A stretch of DNA of 64,000 nucleotides from assembly GCA_963792555.1 (NCBI GenBank), contig CAWBWP010000004.1, positions 592,578 to 656,577 on the forward strand, written 5' to 3'. The translations under genes and the position numbers were made by a program. Each line of letters starts with the position of its first letter. Position 1 is the first letter of the stretch. The notes beneath the pieces are model-generated. The model saw only the letters and a list, made by a program, of their open reading frames with translations. It was not told the DNA's origin and did not search any database. This document shows positions 9,899 to 18,400 of the stretch, piece after piece. Source of the DNA: an uncultured Alphaproteobacteria bacterium (GTDB lineage: Bacteria > Pseudomonadota > Alphaproteobacteria > Sphingomonadales > Sphingomonadaceae).

Positions 9899-12241
9899 AT
9901 GCTTGCCATCTCCCTGTGCCGGCCCCCCGGGCTGGCCGCGGCGCATCATCGTGCCGCCCTCCTGCTTGCCGCGGCGCTGCTGCCCCTGGCCCCCGCCGTC
10001 GCCGCCGACTCCGCGCGGACCGTCGACGCCGCTAGCTCCGCCGTCGCCGACATTCTCGTCACCGCCCAACGCCGCGCGGCGACGATCGAGAATGCCCCGG
10101 CCTCGCGCACGTCGGTCGACGCCGCGACGATCGCGACGACGATCAACGCACGCAATGTCGAGGATGCGCTCAAGTATCTGCCGAGCCTCGTCGTCCGCAA
10201 ACGCCACATCGGCGACAGCCAGGCGCCGCTGGCGACGCGGACCTCGGGCCTCGGCGCGTCGGCGCGCAGCCTGATCTATGCCGACGGTGCGATCCTGTCG
10301 GCGCTGATCGGCAACAATAATACGACCGCGTCGCCGCGCTGGAACCTGGTGTCGACGGAAGAGATCGCGCGGATCGACGTCCTCTATGGCCCGTTCGCCG
10401 CCGCCTACCCGGGCAATTCGATCGGTGCCGTCGTCAACATCACGACGCGCCTGCCCGACCGGTTCGAGGCGACGATCGACGCGGGCCTCACCAGCCAGCA
10501 GTTCGACCTGTACGGCACGCACCGCGCGCTGCCGGCCTATCAGATCGGCGGCACCATCGGCGACCGCTTCGGGCCGCTCGCACTTTTCGCCAGCGTCGAT
10601 CACGTCGACAGCAAGGCCCAGCCGCTCGGCTTCGCCACGGCGACCGTACCGGCCTTGGCCAGCACGGCGGGGCTGCCGACCATCGGCGGCGATGACGACC
10701 TCAACAGGAACGGCCAGGCGATCCGCGTCTTCGGCGCGACCGCGTTCGAGCATCAGGTCCAGGACCGGATCAAGCTCAAGGCGGCGCTCGACCTCGGTCC
10801 GTCGCTGCGGCTGACCTATGTCGGCAGCCTGTTTCGCAACGATACCAATGCCACGGTCGCAAGCTACCTGACCGATCCAGCGGGGCGGCCGGTCTATGCC
10901 GGGGCAATTACCAATAACGGCCACGCCTATGCGCTTGCCGCGAGCGCCTTCGCCGGCAACGTCTACCACACGGACCAGCGCCAATGGTCGCACAACCTGT
11001 CGCTGAACGGCAGCAGCGACCGGTTCGACTGGCAGGTCATCGGCACCGTGTACGACGTCGACAAGGACCAGCAGCGCATCGCCAACACCGCGCTGCCCGG
11101 CGGGCAGGCCGGCGGGGCGGGCTTCATCACCGACCTGCGCGGGACCGGCTGGAAGACGCTGGACGTCAAGGGCGCGTGGCGGTCCGACGCCGCGGCGACG
11201 CACACGGTCAGCTTCGGCGCGCACGGCGACTGGTACGAACTCGCCAGCAACCGCTACAATACCAGCGACTGGGTCAACGGGGCCGAAGGGTCGCTGAACC
11301 TCGTGGGCAGCGGCAGGACGCGGACGGTGGCGCTGTGGGCGCAGGAGGCGTGGCGCATCGTATCGCCGCTGACGTTGACGGTCGGCGGCCGCTACGAATG
11401 GTGGCGCGCTGATGACGGGGTCAACTACTCGCAGTCGCCGCCGATCGGCCCGGTCAAGCAGCCGGGGCTGTCGAGCGACAAGTTCTCGCCCAAGGCGGCG
11501 CTCGCCTTCGCGATCAGCCCCCATCTGACGGCGCGACTGTCGTTCGGCCAGGCGTGGCGCTTCCCGACCGTCGGCGAACTGTACCAGATCGTGACGTCGC
11601 CGGTCGCGTCGGTGCCCAACCCCACGCTGCGCCCCGAGCGCGCCCGGTCGGAGGAACTCGCGCTCGAGCAGCACGACAGCCATGGCACCATCCGGCTCTC
11701 GCTGTTCAACGAGGTGGTCGACGATGCGCTGATCTCGCAGAGCGGCGCGCTCGCCACGACGCCGGCCGTGGTCGGCACCTTCGTCCAGAACGTCGACCGC
11801 ACGCGCGCCCGCGGCGTCGAGCTGGCGGTGGCACGAACCGACGTCGTCCGCCATGTCGACGTCTCGGGCAGCGTGACCTACGCCGACGCGATCACCAGCA
11901 AGGACACCGCCTTCCCGGCAGCGGTCGGCAAGCTGCTGCCGAGCGTGCCGCACTGGAAGGCGACGGTGGTCGGGACGTGGCGACCGGTCGACCGGCTCGC
12001 GCTGACCGCGGCGGCACGCTATTCGAGCCGCACCTACGGCGCGCTCGACAACAGCGACATCGTCGGCAACACCTACCAGGGCTTTTACCAGTATTTCGTC
12101 GTCGACCTGCGCGCGGTCGTCAAGGCGACCGATCACCTCGAGGTCGGGCTCGGCATCGACAACGTCAACAACGACAAATACTTCCTCTTCCACCCCTTCC
12201 CGCAGCGCAGCTTCGCCGCCGATGCGAAGGTGAGGTTCTGA
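9899..12241 (+). CDS. TonB-dependent outer-membrane receptor (putative copper receptor, OprC/NosA-like)
   Basis: Intact ORF with a long signal peptide, MLAISLCRPPGLAAAHHRAALLLAAALLPLAPAVAA. It has a plug domain (DILVTAQRRAATIENAPASRTSV..., RIDVLYGPFAAAYPGNSIGAVVNITTR) and a C-terminal beta-barrel ending ...DKYFLFHPFPQRSFAADAKVRF. An AGGAAC RBS precedes the ATG. The in-frame TTG at 9866 is less likely. Confidence 0.8.
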   Translation: MLAISLCRPPGLAAAHHRAALLLAAALLPLAPAVAADSARTVDAASSAVADILVTAQRRAATIENAPASRTSVDAATIATTINARNVEDALKYLPSLVVRKRHIGDSQAPLATRTSGLGASARSLIYADGAILSALIGNNNTTASPRWNLVSTEEIARIDVLYGPFAAAYPGNSIGAVVNITTRLPDRFEATIDAGLTSQQFDLYGTHRALPAYQIGGTIGDRFGPLALFASVDHVDSKAQPLGFATATVPALASTAGLPTIGGDDDLNRNGQAIRVFGATAFEHQVQDRIKLKAALDLGPSLRLTYVGSLFRNDTNATVASYLTDPAGRPVYAGAITNNGHAYALAASAFAGNVYHTDQRQWSHNLSLNGSSDRFDWQVIGTVYDVDKDQQRIANTALPGGQAGGAGFITDLRGTGWKTLDVKGAWRSDAAATHTVSFGAHGDWYELASNRYNTSDWVNGAEGSLNLVGSGRTRTVALWAQEAWRIVSPLTLTVGGRYEWWRADDGVNYSQSPPIGPVKQPGLSSDKFSPKAALAFAISPHLTARLSFGQAWRFPTVGELYQIVTSPVASVPNPTLRPERARSEELALEQHDSHGTIRLSLFNEVVDDALISQSGALATTPAVVGTFVQNVDRTRARGVELAVARTDVVRHVDVSGSVTYADAITSKDTAFPAAVGKLLPSVPHWKATVVGTWRPVDRLALTAAARYSSRTYGALDNSDIVGNTYQGFYQYFVVDLRAVVKATDHLEVGLGIDNVNNDKYFLFHPFPQRSFAADAKVRF

Positions 12242-12290
12242 TCCCCTCGACGGCGGCTGAGCCCGGCCGCGGTCCCTTCAGGAAGGCACG

Positions 12291-12830
12291 ATGATGACCG
12301 TTCGATTTGCCGGGGGCCTGACCGCCCTTGCCCTCGCCGCCACCGCGGCGGGCGCGCACATCGTCTTCGCCGAGCCCAGGGCGGCGCCCGGCAGCTATTA
12401 CGTCGGTTTCCTGCGCGTGTCGCACGGCTGCGACGGATCGCCGACGGTATCGCTTCGCGTCGAGATTCCTGCTGCCGTCGCCAGCGCGCGACCGCAACCC
12501 AAGCCGGGGTGGACGCTGACGATCGAGAAGGCTCCGCTCGCCGCCCCTGTCCCGAGCGAGGGCAGCGTCGCGATCAGCGAACGGGTTACTGCGGTAACGT
12601 GGACCGGCCGCCTCGACAGCGACCAGTTCGACCAGTTCGGCATCATGCTCAAGCTGCCCGACGCGACGGCAAAGCTGTTTTTCCCGGCCGTCCAGCGGTG
12701 CGTGGTCGGCAGCAACGAGTGGACGATGATCCCCGCCGCCGGCCAACCGTTGCACTCGGTCAAGTCGCCCGCGCCCATGCTCGACGTGACCCCCGGCGTC
12801 GCTGCGCCGATGCACGACATGAAGATGTAA
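12291..12830 (+). CDS. YcnI-like / DUF1775 secreted copper-binding protein
   Basis: The signal peptide MMTVRFAGGLTALALAATAAGA↓HIVFAEP... leaves a mature N-terminal His, as in the YcnI Cu site. Followed by YYVGFLRVSHGCDGSPT...VTWTGRLDSDQFDQFG... A CAGGAAGG RBS is present. Co-oriented directly after the TBDR. Confidence 0.6.
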   Translation: MMTVRFAGGLTALALAATAAGAHIVFAEPRAAPGSYYVGFLRVSHGCDGSPTVSLRVEIPAAVASARPQPKPGWTLTIEKAPLAAPVPSEGSVAISERVTAVTWTGRLDSDQFDQFGIMLKLPDATAKLFFPAVQRCVVGSNEWTMIPAAGQPLHSVKSPAPMLDVTPGVAAPMHDMKM

Positions 12831-13111
12831 GGGACGACACCACGGGCAACGCCAAGATCAGCGCGTGCCGATCAGTCCAATGCCGCGCGAGGGGGCAGGC
12901 AGCTAAGATATTGAGACTTGGCTGACGGTGCGCCAGTGTCGCTGCCGGTCGATCGCATCATGCGCGGCGACTGCGATACTGCGCAACGGCCGCAACCGGA
13001 CTGCTGGAGACAGCCGGCGCACCCTGGCTCCCCGCTCGCGCGTCACGTTCCTGATCGAACAGGTTCGCGGTCGGCTCGGCAGCCGTTCGGCGGCGCCGAA
13101 CCCGACCGTGG

Positions 13112-13438
13112 CTACTGCGTCTTGGCCGCAGCATCCACGGCTGCATCGGTTTTGCGCGCGACCTTGCCGGCGGCGTGTTTCGTGTCGACGGCCGCGTCGT
13201 GACCAGCAGCGGCGGTCTTTTCAGCAGCAGTATCGACCGCTGTCCCGGCATTGTCGGCTGCCCGCTCCGTCGCGCGGCCAGCATCTCCGGCGGCCGTGGC
13301 GGTGGCGGCACCCGCATCCTGCGCCGCTGCCGCGGCGTGATCGCCGGCAGCGGCCGCCTGATCCTGCGATTTCTCCGAACACCCCACGAGAGCGAGCGCA
13401 AGAAGAGCCGTCGAGCCGATGACCAGAGCTTTCACCAT
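13112..13438 (-). CDS. small Ala/Asp/Lys-rich disordered lipoprotein
   Basis: MVKALVIGSTALLALALVGC|SEKSQDQAAAAGDHAAAAAQDAGAATATAAGDAG... Lipobox LVGC. A CAGGAGG RBS precedes the ATG at 13436-13438. Confidence 0.55.
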   Translation of the reverse strand: MVKALVIGSTALLALALVGCSEKSQDQAAAAGDHAAAAAQDAGAATATAAGDAGRATERAADNAGTAVDTAAEKTAAAGHDAAVDTKHAAGKVARKTDAAVDAAAKTQ

Positions 13439-13602
13439 TGCCTCCTGAATTACCAACGCCGTGTCCGCTCAAATCGTTGCGAACAAGGAATGTTCCCCTG
13501 CCGTCTCGGCCTCGTCGTTGATGGATCGAAAGCCAAGCCGGCACACCGGAACCGCGGCGACGATCGTCTGCTCTTGCTTCGCATCCACTTAGGTCGAACT
13601 AA

Positions 13603-14053
13603 TTCATAACCAGAACGCGACGGCGGCGGCGAGCGCGACGGCCGAGAGGTAGTTACGGGCGAGCTTGTCGTAGCGGGTGGCGACGCGGCGGAAGTCTTTG
13701 AGACGACAGAACATCGCCTCGACGCGCCAGCGGTCCTTGTAGCGGCGTTCATCGTACTGGATCGGGCGCTTGCGGTTGCGGCGGCCGGGGATGACGGGGA
13801 TCGTGCCCTGGTCGCGCAGGGTGGCTCGGAGCCGGTTGGCGTCGTAGCCGCGATCGGCGATCAGCCGCTTCATGCCCTGAGTGTCGCCGACGAGCAGGTC
13901 GGCACCCTTGATGTCCGACGTGTTGCCCGGCGTCAGGACAAGGCGGAGCGGCCGGCCGAGGAGGTCGACGAGGGCATGGATCTTCGTCGTCCGACCGCCG
14001 CGCGAGATGCCAATGGCCTGGGCTCGAGCCCCCCTTTTGCGCCGCCGGAACAC
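13603..14053 (-). CDS. IS5-family transposase orfB (DDE domain)
   Basis: See the mobile-element entry. Contains the DDE motifs DRGYD and a C-terminal ...RYDKLARNYLSAVALAAAVAFWL*. Confidence 0.8.
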
Positions 14054-14361
14054 CGGTGCGCCTTGACGTAGCTACTGTCGATCTGCGCCGTCTCGGCAAT
14101 CCAGCCCTCGTCAGTCAGGGCGGCAAGAATGTGGCCCCACACACCTCTGCGGCTCCACCGGTTCCAGCGGTTGTAGACCGTCGTCGAAGGACCGTAGTCT
14201 GGGGGACAGTCCTGCCACCGCCCGCCGCACTTCAGCATGTGCACGATGCCCGAGATCACCCGCCGATCATCGACCCGACGTGCCCCGGGCTGGTTCTTCG
14301 GCAGGTGCGGCTCGATCGCCGCCCACGCCGCATCCGACAACCAGAACAACGCTCCCGCCAC
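13933..14361 (-). CDS. IS5-family transposase orfA (N-terminal DNA-binding part)
   Basis: See the mobile-element entry. Overlaps orfB by ~120 nt in a different frame. A candidate slippery run CAAAAGGGGGG lies on the coding strand near 14040. Confidence 0.75.
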   Translation of the reverse strand: MAGALFWLSDAAWAAIEPHLPKNQPGARRVDDRRVISGIVHMLKCGGRWQDCPPDYGPSTTVYNRWNRWSRRGVWGHILAALTDEGWIAETAQIDSSYVKAHRCSGGAKGGLEPRPLASRAAVGRRRSMPSSTSSAGRSALS

Positions 14362-14752
14362 GCCCGAGCCTCCATCAACCGGAGACTCCCTGAATCAGCA
14401 CATCGCGCCGGAATCAAGCTGCTGATTGGGTTTGGACCCTAGGTCGACATCGCGGTGCCGCGCCGCAGTCGGATATCCCCAGCGCCGGCCAGTCGGACCG
14501 GGAAAATCGGTCGTCAGTCAGTTGGTCATGCACTCCCAGGACGTAAAGATCGCCATAAACAGTACTGCCAAACCTTTAATCGCCGCTGGTTTAGCACGGA
14601 TCACGCATCATAGTTGCTGCATCGTGGTGCTGTGTTGAAATCCGCTGCGTCCGAACTCGCAAGCGATACGTACCACTTGACGTGTCTATTCAACTCTAGA
14701 CTGGCTTCGCCGGCGCGATGTTGGGCCGGCGGCAGTATCTGACGAGGGCTCA

Positions 14753-14935
14753 ATGCCGATCCTCAGGGTTACCGACGCCGTCAGAAACGTCCTCGCCGAG
14801 CATGGCAAGAAAATGCTGTCCGACGCCGAGCGCGATATTCCCGGTGACTGGCTACGGCTCCTCGACCGTCTCGACGACGGCCCCCCGCCGCCCCGCACAG
14901 TCGCCCCGGGCGCGGGGAAACCGTCGTGCGGGTAG
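14753..14935 (+). CDS. hypothetical 60-aa protein in the low-GC spacer upstream of the adhesin gene (weak call)
   Basis: MPILRVTDAVRNVLAEHGKKMLSDAERDIPGDWLRLLDRLDDGPPPPRTVAPGAGKPSCG. It has non-repetitive composition and high GC3. No strong RBS. Confidence 0.25.
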   Translation: MPILRVTDAVRNVLAEHGKKMLSDAERDIPGDWLRLLDRLDDGPPPPRTVAPGAGKPSCG

Positions 14936-15403
14936 GGGGCCTGGGACGCGAGGCGAGGTTGCCGCCAGCATAACGCTTCCGCAGCGACCGGGCGTCGAGC
15001 CCCGCTTGGAGTTGCTCATGCCGTCTACTTCCTCATCGTGTTGCTGATCAGGCAGTCGCTGGGACCGCCATCGTCGCCAAGCCGGGAAGCACAGTGTCGG
15101 ATGTGTCGCCGACCCTCAGGAGGCCGGTTTTGATACAATACATTGGTAACCACGTGAACTGTGCAACGCCCAGCACACCCGACGCCCTATAGAGGCGACG
15201 CATTCGGAACATGGTTCTCAAAAATTAACTATAAGGCAGAGGTCGATTAGTTACGGCTGGGATACATAAAGTTTAGCCTGTTAACCCAGATTTGTAATCT
15301 GCGTTTATAAACCAGAAACAAAGTTGCTGTTTCTTGTGCGCGCCGGCCGATCATGCGCCCGGGGGTGTGGTTTTACGCGATTAGGTAAAATGGGGAGTGT
15401 GTA

Positions 15404-18400
15404 ATGTTTGATACCGTCATCGTCCGTGCCGGAGCTAGGCGCGGGACGCCCGCTGTCGCGAGCGCGCTCAGCGCGTTCGCGCTCCTGCTTGCAACGCCTG
15501 CCCAAGCCGCGCTTGTCAGCGCCTGCTCCGGCGTCAGCCTGCCGCCGTCGGCCGTCACCGGCATCATGCGCCCGGTCCTCCAGGGCATCGTCGACCCGAT
15601 ACAGGGCGACGTTAACGGCATCCTCGGCATACCGCTTATCGGCGCGCTCGGCTTGCCTGCCCTCAACATCAACCTGACGGGCCCGGGTGGCTTGCTGACG
15701 ACCGCTGACGCCGGCCTACCGATCAGCCTGTCGGTGCTGAAGACGGACGGCACTGTCCTGACATCAGCCGACACCTGCAACACGACGACCGACTCGATTC
15801 AGCTGAACACGCCGCAAGGCATCGCCATCGGCGGCAACCAGATCACCGGGCTCGGCAATGGCAGCCTTGCTTCCGCGGGCCAGATCGACTCGATCGCGCT
15901 CGGCAACAACGCGCGGACGGACGCCTTGTCGAGCGCAGCGCTCGCGCTGGGGCCCAACGCGGTGGTCGGAGCGAACAGCAGCGGCGCAATCGCCCTCGGG
16001 GCAGGCGCGAACGTCGCCGACAGTGCGGCGGGGGGTATCGCGCTCGGCAACGCAGCGGCGGTCAGTTATGCCGGTGCCGTTGCCATTGGCTCCGGCAGCG
16101 TGACCGGTTCGGTCGCCCCGACCGGCACCGGCTTCCTCACAGGCCAGGCGGCACCCGCTGCCGAAGCGTCGTTCGGTGCCCCCGGGGCGCCGCGGCGGCT
16201 GACCAACATTGCCGACGGTTCGGCGCCGTCCGACGCGGTCAGCGTCGCCCAGCTCGCGGCCGAAAACGCCGGCCGCAACGCGCTCGGCGCAGCAACCGCG
16301 GCCAATCTTGGCGGCGGTGCAAGCTACAACCCCGCCAACGGCACGCTTCTGGCCCCAAGCTATACGGTCCAGGGCAACACCTATGCGACTGTCGGCGAAG
16401 CGCTCACCGGCCTCGACGGCGGGGTGACGGGCAATACCGCGGCGATCACCAACCTGACCACTGCGGTCAACGCCGGTACGGTGGGCACGGTCGTGCGCGA
16501 TCCCGTGACGCCGGGCGTGCTGCTGCTCGCGGGAGCGGGTGGGACGCCGGCGGTGCCCGGCACGCCGCAGGTCCTCCGCAACCTCGCCAACGGGATCGTT
16601 GCGCCGGGATCGACCGACGCCGTCACCGGCGACCAGCTCAACAGCACGAACGTCCAGGTCTTGGGCAACAGCGCCGCCATCGGCGCCAACACGACGAACA
16701 TCAACAACCTGTCGACAGGCCTGGCCACCGGCACGATCGGGCTTGTCCAGCAGGCCGGCGGGGTCCCCGGCGGACAGCTGTCGGTCGGGGCGACGACCGG
16801 GGGCGCGGTCGTCGACTTCACCGGCACCGGCGGCCCGCGGACGCTGAGCGGCGTCGCTCCGGGCGTGGCGGCGACCGATGCCGTCAACCTCGGCCAGGCG
16901 CAGGGCCTCGCCACCGCCGCGGCCGGATCCTTGCCGATCCAGTATTCCGCCGCGGCTGCGCCGACGACGCCGACGCCCGGCGTCGCCTCCAACGATACAA
17001 CGCTGGTCGGGGCTGCTGCCGGCGCGGTCGCGTTGCACAATGTCGCCGCTGGCGTCGTGGCGGCAGGCTCGACCGACGCGGTCAACGGCGACCAGCTCGC
17101 CACGACCAACGCGCAGGTGACCGCCAATACCGGCGCGATTGGCGTCAATGCCGCGGCGATCTCGACCAACTCGGCAGGTATCGCCGGCAACACGATGGCG
17201 ATCACCAGCCTGACCAACGGCACGACGGGCCTTCTCCAGCAGGCGGGCGGCGCACCCGGAGGCGGGCAGCTGACGATCGGGGCGGCGACCGGAGGCACCA
17301 GCCTCAGCATCGCCGGCACCGACGGCAACCGCGTCCTGTCGGGCGTCGCGCCCGGGGTCGCGCCGACCGATGCGGCCAATGTCGGGCAGATCACCGACGC
17401 GGTCGGGACGGCGACGGCGAACGCCGTGCAGTATGATGCGCCCGGCGGCGTCCGCAGCAACACGGTGACGCTGGCCGGCGGCGCGCCGGGCGCGGTGACG
17501 GTGACCAACGTTGCTCCAGCCGCTCTCAACGACGTCTCGACCGATGCGGTCAACGGCAGCCAGCTGTTCGCCACCAACACCCAGGTGAGCAGCAACACGA
17601 CGGCGATCACCAGCCTCGGCACGGCGGTCACCGCCGGCACGGTGGGGACCGTGGTGCGCGATCCCGTGACGCCCGACGTGCTCCTGCTGACCGGAACTGG
17701 GGGGACGCCGGGGGTGCCGGGCACACCGCAGGTGCTGCGCAACCTCGCCAACGGAACGATCGCGGCGGGCTCGACCGACGCCGTAACCGGCGACCAGCTC
17801 AACAGCACGAATGCCCAGGTCGCGGGCAACAGCGCCGCGATCGGCGTCAACACGACGAACATCGGCAACCTTTCGACCGGCCTCGCCAACGGCACGATCG
17901 GCCTGGTCCAGCAGGCGGGCGGCGCACCCGGAAGCGGGCAGCTGACGATCGGGGCGGCGACCGGAGGCACCAGCCTCAGCATCGCCGGCACCGACGGCAA
18001 CCGCGTCCTGTCGGGTGTCGCGCCCGGGGTCGCGCCGACCGATGCGGCCAATGTCGGGCAGATCACCGACGCGGTCGGGACGGCGACGGCGAACGCCGTG
18101 CAGTATGATGCGCCCGGCGGCGTCCGCAGCAACACGGTAACGCTGGCCGGCGGCGCTGCCGGTCCGGTGACGGTGACCAACGTTGCCCCGGCTGCGCTCG
18201 GCGCGTCGTCGACCGATGCGGTCAACGGCAGCCAGCTGTTCGCCACCAACACCCAGGTGAGCAGCAACACGACGGCGATCACCAGCCTGACCAACGGCAC
18301 CGCCGGCATCGTCCAGCAGGCGTCGCCGTCGGCGGCGGTCACGGTGGCGGCGGCAAGCGGCGGCACGACCGTCGATTTCACCGGCACCAGCGGCCCGCGG

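Larger units (their letters stand above)
13570..14440 (-). mobile_element. IS5-family insertion sequence (two overlapping ORFs, transposase probably made by -1 frameshift). Ends approximate
   Basis: orfA (complement 13933-14361, GTG start): ...LFWLSDAAWAAIEPHLPKNQPGARRVDDRRVISGIVHMLKCGGRWQDCPPDYGPSTTVYNRWNRWSRRGVW, the IS5 N-terminal DUF4096-type. orfB (complement 13603-14053): ...TKIHALVDLLGRPLRLVLTPGNTSDIKGADLL...DRGYDANRLRATLRDQG, the DDE catalytic region. The flanking near-identical 9-mers TTAGGTCGA (13587-13595) and CTAGGTCGA (14429-14437) suggest the insertion boundaries or a target duplication. Confidence 0.75.

Noticed and set aside
13588-14438. Attempt to define exact IS inverted repeats
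   Set aside because: I could not find convincing terminal IRs by eye. The only clear structure is an internal hairpin TGAATCAGCA / TGCTGATT near 14391-14432. The IS boundaries are therefore given as approximate.
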